From assembly GCA_938075415.1 (NCBI GenBank), contig CALJHC010000026.1, positions 180,039 through 244,038 on the forward strand: DNA of 64,000 bases, given 5' to 3'. Of the stretch, positions 58,555 through 64,000 are shown piece after piece; positions within the stretch are counted from its first letter, which is position 1; each line of letters begins with the position of its first letter. The position numbers and the translations under genes are program-made. The stretch comes from an uncultured Rubripirellula sp. GTDB taxonomy: Bacteria > Planctomycetota > Planctomycetia > Pirellulales > Pirellulaceae. The notes below the pieces were generated by a model that did no database searches, was not told the DNA's origin, and saw only the letters and a program-made list of their open reading frames with translations.

Positions 58555-60534
58555 TCAGTTTTTTCTCTTGAACAAACGAGAAAGCTCTAACTCAAGTTCC
58601 GAAAATCTCAGGTCATTCCGTAGGACTCTGCCTGACGGATCGATGAGCAGCATGGCTGGGAGAGTTTGGATCCCTAAAGCTTGCGATAGGTTGCTTCCCT
58701 CCAAGCCACCTTCTTCGAATAATTGAGGCCAGTTCGTGGCCATTTGACGGACCTTTTCCCGAGGTTTCTGGATATCGATGTCAACGTTGATCCCGACGAA
58801 TTCCAGGTTTGCCCCGCGATAAGTTTTCTTCAGCTGAGCGAGTCCTTTCATGTCTTGAAGGCAGGGGTTACACCAGGTCGCCCAGTAATGAAGGATAACA
58901 ACTTTGCCACGAAGATTGGAGAGTTGAAAAGACTCTCCAGCGAGAGTCGTCCCCTGAAGATCCAGCATTTTTCCTTCGGATTCAAGTCTGCGGACCGCCC
59001 CGTTCGCTGTCTGCACACTCGAACTTTTTGGGAATTGTGCTCCCACACGTTGATACAAGGTGATTGCGTTTTGGGCTTCTCCCTCAAACTCTTGGTTAAG
59101 TGCGAGTTGCATCAGCGCCGCAGCCGATTCTGGAGCATCGGGGAAGTCCTGCACGAAGCGATCAAGTGATTCGATGTATTGTTTTTGAACCGTCCCAAAA
59201 TCGGCACCGGCTACTTGAGCGACCAGATAATTGGTGGTGATGGATTGATACTTGGCTTGGGCCATGAGGGGGGATTTCTCGTCCTCCAGTTGATTTGTCA
59301 GGGCATCCAGTCGGCTCATTGCTTCGGGGTAATCACCTGTTTGCGCCGCGATGCTGAGCATATCGATCAGTTGAAGTGTCCATGAATTTCGTTCATTAGG
59401 TTGGTTTGCTGACGCGATGAATTTCTCTAGCAGATCAGCCCTCCTTGCATTCAGTTGCGGCAACTCGTCCCGAGATGCGTTGCCGGCAAGTTGTTGGTCA
59501 ATGTTTTCGAGTTCTTGAATCAACTGCTGCGTTACATCCGACATTGCGATCGCTGAATCGGAGATCATGTTTGGAGTTGCAGGTTCAAAGAAGACACCAC
59601 TGCTGATTGGATTGGTCTGTTCGTCGGGGAAGGTGGGTAGTCCGATAAGACGCCAGGACTGATCGATGCGAATCAGTGTTCCGACGGAAATCTGCGATGT
59701 TTGCCCGGCTGATTGGAACATCGCGACGGCGTTTTCGTAAACGACCAAATCTCTCAAGGAGCCATCGGTGCCCGAGGGCACGAGTCCGGGCCGATTTGCC
59801 GCAAATTGCAGCCATTCCGAACCTGAATCGACTTGGGTTTGGCTCTCTGAAAACAGCACAAAGCCTTCCCTTGCCGCCGCCGTTTTTGCGATGATTTTTG
59901 AGTAATTCTCAGGTCCAATTCCTGATTGGCGAAGCTCCTCTTCTGAAGCCAACAAGCAGTCAAATGCTTTGAAGTTTTGATCACGTATTGCTCGGATCAG
60001 TTCAGCTGTTACCTCCTCGGCGGAGATTCGTTTCCAGTTGTCAATGACACCATCCTCATTGTCATCCAGCCCCCATCGCATCCCGTTCGTTCCCAACCAG
60101 CGGTACTGATCGGCTTTTCCGTTGAAGTCTTGGTCGATGTCTCGATAGACTTCAATACCCATTCTGAAATAGGACCAAATGTCAACTTTTTGGTCGTCGT
60201 TTGTGTCAGCGAAACGACGCAAGACGGTTCCATCAGGAGCGTTGACTTCCCATCCCGACCAACCCTCTGTTTTTATCTCCCCAACGGAGCATTGGTTTTG
60301 TTCGGACAAGGCTATTTGGTCGTGAATCACGTCTTTTTGAACGGGAGACAAAGAGAGAGCCTCGGTCGCCGTGGGCGGTGCGCCATGGGAAGGGGTAGGG
60401 GTGATGAGTAGCGCGAGAAAAATGGTGAGGCTGGTCCGAATGCACCTTGCATGATCACGACTGATCCGAGGGATGGTTCGCCCGCCGTGGGAAACGACGC
60501 AACGCTGGAAGCGGTGATGTATTTGAAGCAGCAT
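58555..60534 (-). CDS. TlpA/ResA-like thiol-disulfide oxidoreductase domain (WATWCNPC) fused to a large N-terminal domain of unknown function; secreted
   Basis: C-terminal about 160 aa have the thioredoxin-like motif VVILHYWATWCNPCLQDMKGL. The N-terminal 480 aa carry a hydrophobic signal/anchor (SLTIFLALLITPTPSHGA) and TPR-like helical content. Confidence 0.7.
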   Translation of the reverse strand: MLLQIHHRFQRCVVSHGGRTIPRISRDHARCIRTSLTIFLALLITPTPSHGAPPTATEALSLSPVQKDVIHDQIALSEQNQCSVGEIKTEGWSGWEVNAPDGTVLRRFADTNDDQKVDIWSYFRMGIEVYRDIDQDFNGKADQYRWLGTNGMRWGLDDNEDGVIDNWKRISAEEVTAELIRAIRDQNFKAFDCLLASEEELRQSGIGPENYSKIIAKTAAAREGFVLFSESQTQVDSGSEWLQFAANRPGLVPSGTDGSLRDLVVYENAVAMFQSAGQTSQISVGTLIRIDQSWRLIGLPTFPDEQTNPISSGVFFEPATPNMISDSAIAMSDVTQQLIQELENIDQQLAGNASRDELPQLNARRADLLEKFIASANQPNERNSWTLQLIDMLSIAAQTGDYPEAMSRLDALTNQLEDEKSPLMAQAKYQSITTNYLVAQVAGADFGTVQKQYIESLDRFVQDFPDAPESAAALMQLALNQEFEGEAQNAITLYQRVGAQFPKSSSVQTANGAVRRLESEGKMLDLQGTTLAGESFQLSNLRGKVVILHYWATWCNPCLQDMKGLAQLKKTYRGANLEFVGINVDIDIQKPREKVRQMATNWPQLFEEGGLEGSNLSQALGIQTLPAMLLIDPSGRVLRNDLRFSELELELSRLFKRKN

Positions 60535-61081
60535 GATTGCGAATTCTTCTAGCGGGTTAGACTTCCGAGCCGTTTCTTTCGAGGATTCGCATCATTTTTA
60601 ACAACCTGACACACTCCGAGAGAATATTGGTTTATCGAACGGGCAGCGATGCAATGAAGCAGGCGGGAACGTTTGTCGTGTGGAAATCAGTACCGCGGAT
60701 GGGGTTTTGTTCGCTTTTACCGAGATTTAGGGCGTTATTGACTTGATCCAAAAAATTTGTGCAGGTCGTGTTGATGCCACTGATTCCTGCCATTCTGGTT
60801 GTTTCAGGATTCTAGGATGCTGCTGACGGAGAGGGTTTAGGTGTCGTGTGCGGAAGATGGTCACTCAAAACCGGCGGCCGAATTGGAGCACGCCTCTTCC
60901 GGGTTAGAGTCGCCGTTGCAGTCATTTGGTTCCCGTGATTCCAATCGGGGGTAACCGGCTTGTCCAATCATTCCAGATGATGTTCAGATGGTTTTCAGAG
61001 AGAGCGGCGGGTGCGTGCGATTAAGCTGGGAAGCACAATTTTTCGTTAGTTGCGGTAGTCCGCACCATGCTTGGCTTGGCC

Positions 61082-61165
61082 AATGCCTCCCCCGGGTTTC
61101 CCAGTGAATGCCTCCCCCCCCGGGCTCCCAGTGAATGCCTCCCCCCGGGGCTCCCGGTGAATGCA
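61082..61165. repeat. 25-28-bp tandem repeat, 3 copies (aatgcctcccc[c]ngggNtcccRgtg), C/G-rich
   Basis: Read directly: aatgcctcccccgggtttcccagtg / aatgcctcccccccccgggctcccagtg / aatgcctccccccggggctcccggtg / aatgcaacc. About 550-630 bp upstream of tRNA-Ile. Confidence 0.8.
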
Positions 61166-61217
61166 ACCTGAGTGGTTACAGGGGACCAGCACCATTTCTG
61201 GGGTTGCGCAATTCCCA

Positions 61218-61256
61218 AGATTCACTACCCAGGATTCACTAACAAGGATTCATCCA
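61218..61256. repeat. Three direct copies of GATTCAYYM with 14-bp spacing
   Basis: aaGATTCACTAc ccagGATTCACTAac aagGATTCATCC. Upstream of the tRNA-Ile/tRNA-Ala/23S transcription unit. Confidence 0.6.
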
Positions 61257-61715
61257 TGACATTGTGGACGACTGATTCGACGGATGCCTTGTGTCGGCGG
61301 GGCAACTTCCCGCCGGCCCAAAGCAGAACTCCTTGGGGTTGGGAAGAAATTTGCTGGTGCGGGCATCGATGAACCGGGCTTCGATGGCGATTAAGATCGA
61401 TCTTGAGGGCTTGGAAAACACAGCGAAAGCCGATGAGATTCTGGGAAGCCTCAGCGAGAATTGGTTTTTGGGATCCTCCGGTCTTTCGCTTTAAGTAACT
61501 AAAAGCAGTGTTTTGTACGTTTTTCCTGTGGGAGAGTTTCGTTTCTGCCGTTTAAGAAACACATGCTGCGGGAGAGATTTTGGTAACCGTTGAGAATCCT
61601 AGGGTTCTTCCCTTTGACACCGTAACGAGTTTCCTTACACTTTCCCGCTCGCAAGCAACCTTGTAACAAGCAAGTGCGGTTGATTTTCAACGGTTCCGAG
61701 CAGTTACGGTTGTAC

Positions 61716-61789
61716 GGGCGTGTAGCTCAGTTGGTTAGAGCGCGTCGCTGATAACGACGAGGTCCCAGATTCGAGTTCTGGCACGCCCA
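61716..61789 (+). tRNA. tRNA-Ile (anticodon GAT)
   Basis: GGGCGTG acceptor pairing with CACGCCC, discriminator A. Anticodon arm CGTCG-CTGATAA-CGACG. T loop AGATTCGAGTTCT. 74 nt, CCA not encoded. The position is the standard rRNA spacer-type tRNA-Ile. Confidence 0.9.
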
Positions 61790-61862
61790 CTTAAGTTTGG
61801 TTAGTGAAAATTGAATTTGGACATTGCCAAGTCGGCTTTCACATGCCAAGTTTAAGGCTTCT

Positions 61863-61935
61863 GGGGGTGTAGCTCAGTTGGGAGAGCATCTGCTTTGCAA
61901 GCAGAGGGTCGTCGGTTCAAGTCCGTCCACCTCCA
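61863..61935 (+). tRNA. tRNA-Ala (anticodon TGC)
   Basis: Acceptor GGGGGTG/CACCTCC containing the G3-U70 wobble pair that is the tRNA-Ala identity element. Anticodon arm TCTGC-TTTGCAA-GCAGA. T loop GGTTCAAGTCC. One U-U mismatch in the T stem in my fold. Confidence 0.9.
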
Positions 61936-62679
61936 CTTGATTGATGAAAAGGTTACCTAAAGCGTTGGATCGCTATTGTCTGGCGGCCTTCCTAGTTTTT
62001 CAAGCAAGCTAATTGGTCTCTGATGGATTTCGAGCGTTGCTCGGCTTGATCGAGGCGTTAGATGCTTTCCGATCGCTTCGGAAAGAAGTGTTGAGTTTTT
62101 TCGTCGAATAACGTTTTGCCTCCTTGCAAGGATGTGATTCAGATGCGAAAACCTCCGCACAGTTGGGGCAAGAAGCCGCTTCTCAAGTTTCTGAGAAAAA
62201 AGCTTCTAACTCCGCTTGACGAGAGAAAACCTCACGGTTATCTTTCGCCCCTCACTCGGGAGTAACCGAGTTGGCCCTCAAGGAGGGTCTGCTCGGCTGC
62301 TCTCCAGCAGCGTCCCTTGAGTCATGTCCACAGTGGCATTTCAAGGCTTTGATCTTTGACAATTTGGTTGTTTGGTAGTTGGCATCTGAAAAGAAAGCAG
62401 TTGCTTGTCAACAGGCGTAAGCTTGTTGGTAGGTCTGCTAACAATTTCAAAGAGCGTTGCTGTAGGGTTGCCTTTCGAGGTTGCCTGAACAGCAATTGAA
62501 TTCTGAATAGGATTCTGTGCAAGTTAATGTCGACAGGGTGGTTCACTCGTGTTCCACCGAGAAGACATTAGCTACCATGTGATATCGTTAGATAGTAGAA
62601 AATCGACGAAATAACGTTCGGATCTGATTCCGGCAAAGGTTCTCCTTTGTTGAATGAAAGACTCCGAGTTCGGGATTTC

Positions 62680-64000
<1,321 letters not shown>

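Noticed and set aside
60535-61715. Looked for a 16S rRNA gene upstream of tRNA-Ile/tRNA-Ala
   Set aside because: No 16S-like sequence (for example no anti-SD 3' end or universal 16S motifs). The region is repeat-containing non-coding DNA. This is consistent with an unlinked 16S.

Overview
This 64-kb window looks like chromosomal DNA from a Planctomycetes (Pirellulaceae/Rhodopirellula-like) genome. Several things point that way: the 23S rRNA gene is preceded by tRNA-Ile and tRNA-Ala but has no 16S gene upstream, there are two paralogous secreted proteins of a family I believe is Planctomycete-specific (recalled as DUF1598), there is a tandem DUF1080 protein, many proteins are secreted or lipoproteins, and coding density is low with long intergenic stretches.

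Most genes are housekeeping or general metabolism:
- valS (partial)
- a CimA/LeuA-family synthase
- rho
- hpt followed by two glycosyltransferases
- an S1-domain ribosomal protein
- a MurE-like ligase
- a family-4 UDG
- der
- purM
- gnd
- an aldo/keto reductase
- a CobW-like GTPase
- a PQQ beta-propeller protein
- two large thioredoxin-like proteins
- tRNA-Ser, tRNA-Ile and tRNA-Ala
- the 5' part of a 23S rRNA gene

The most unusual locus is a co-directional minus-strand cluster at 42052-54774. It contains two secreted DUF1598-like paralogs, an NfeD-like membrane protein that overlaps a long coiled-coil flotillin (SPFH) protein, and an uncharacterised 1767-aa cytoplasmic AAA+ (AAA_5-like) coiled-coil ATPase. 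A 12-bp direct-repeat element sits in the intergenic leader of the giant gene. This is my best candidate for an undescribed membrane-microdomain-associated system.

Second-tier leads:
- An intrinsic-terminator-like structure in the leader of the CimA-like gene.
- A Rho protein whose N-terminal helix bundle is replaced by an Arg/Gly-rich disordered segment.
- A stand-alone KaiC-like ATPase next to a CrtI-like oxidoreductase.
- At least a dozen short tandem-repeat arrays (12-28 bp units, 2-5 copies) in intergenic regions; a few lie inside genes.

I did not recognise any CRISPR array, transposase/integrase or obvious prophage.
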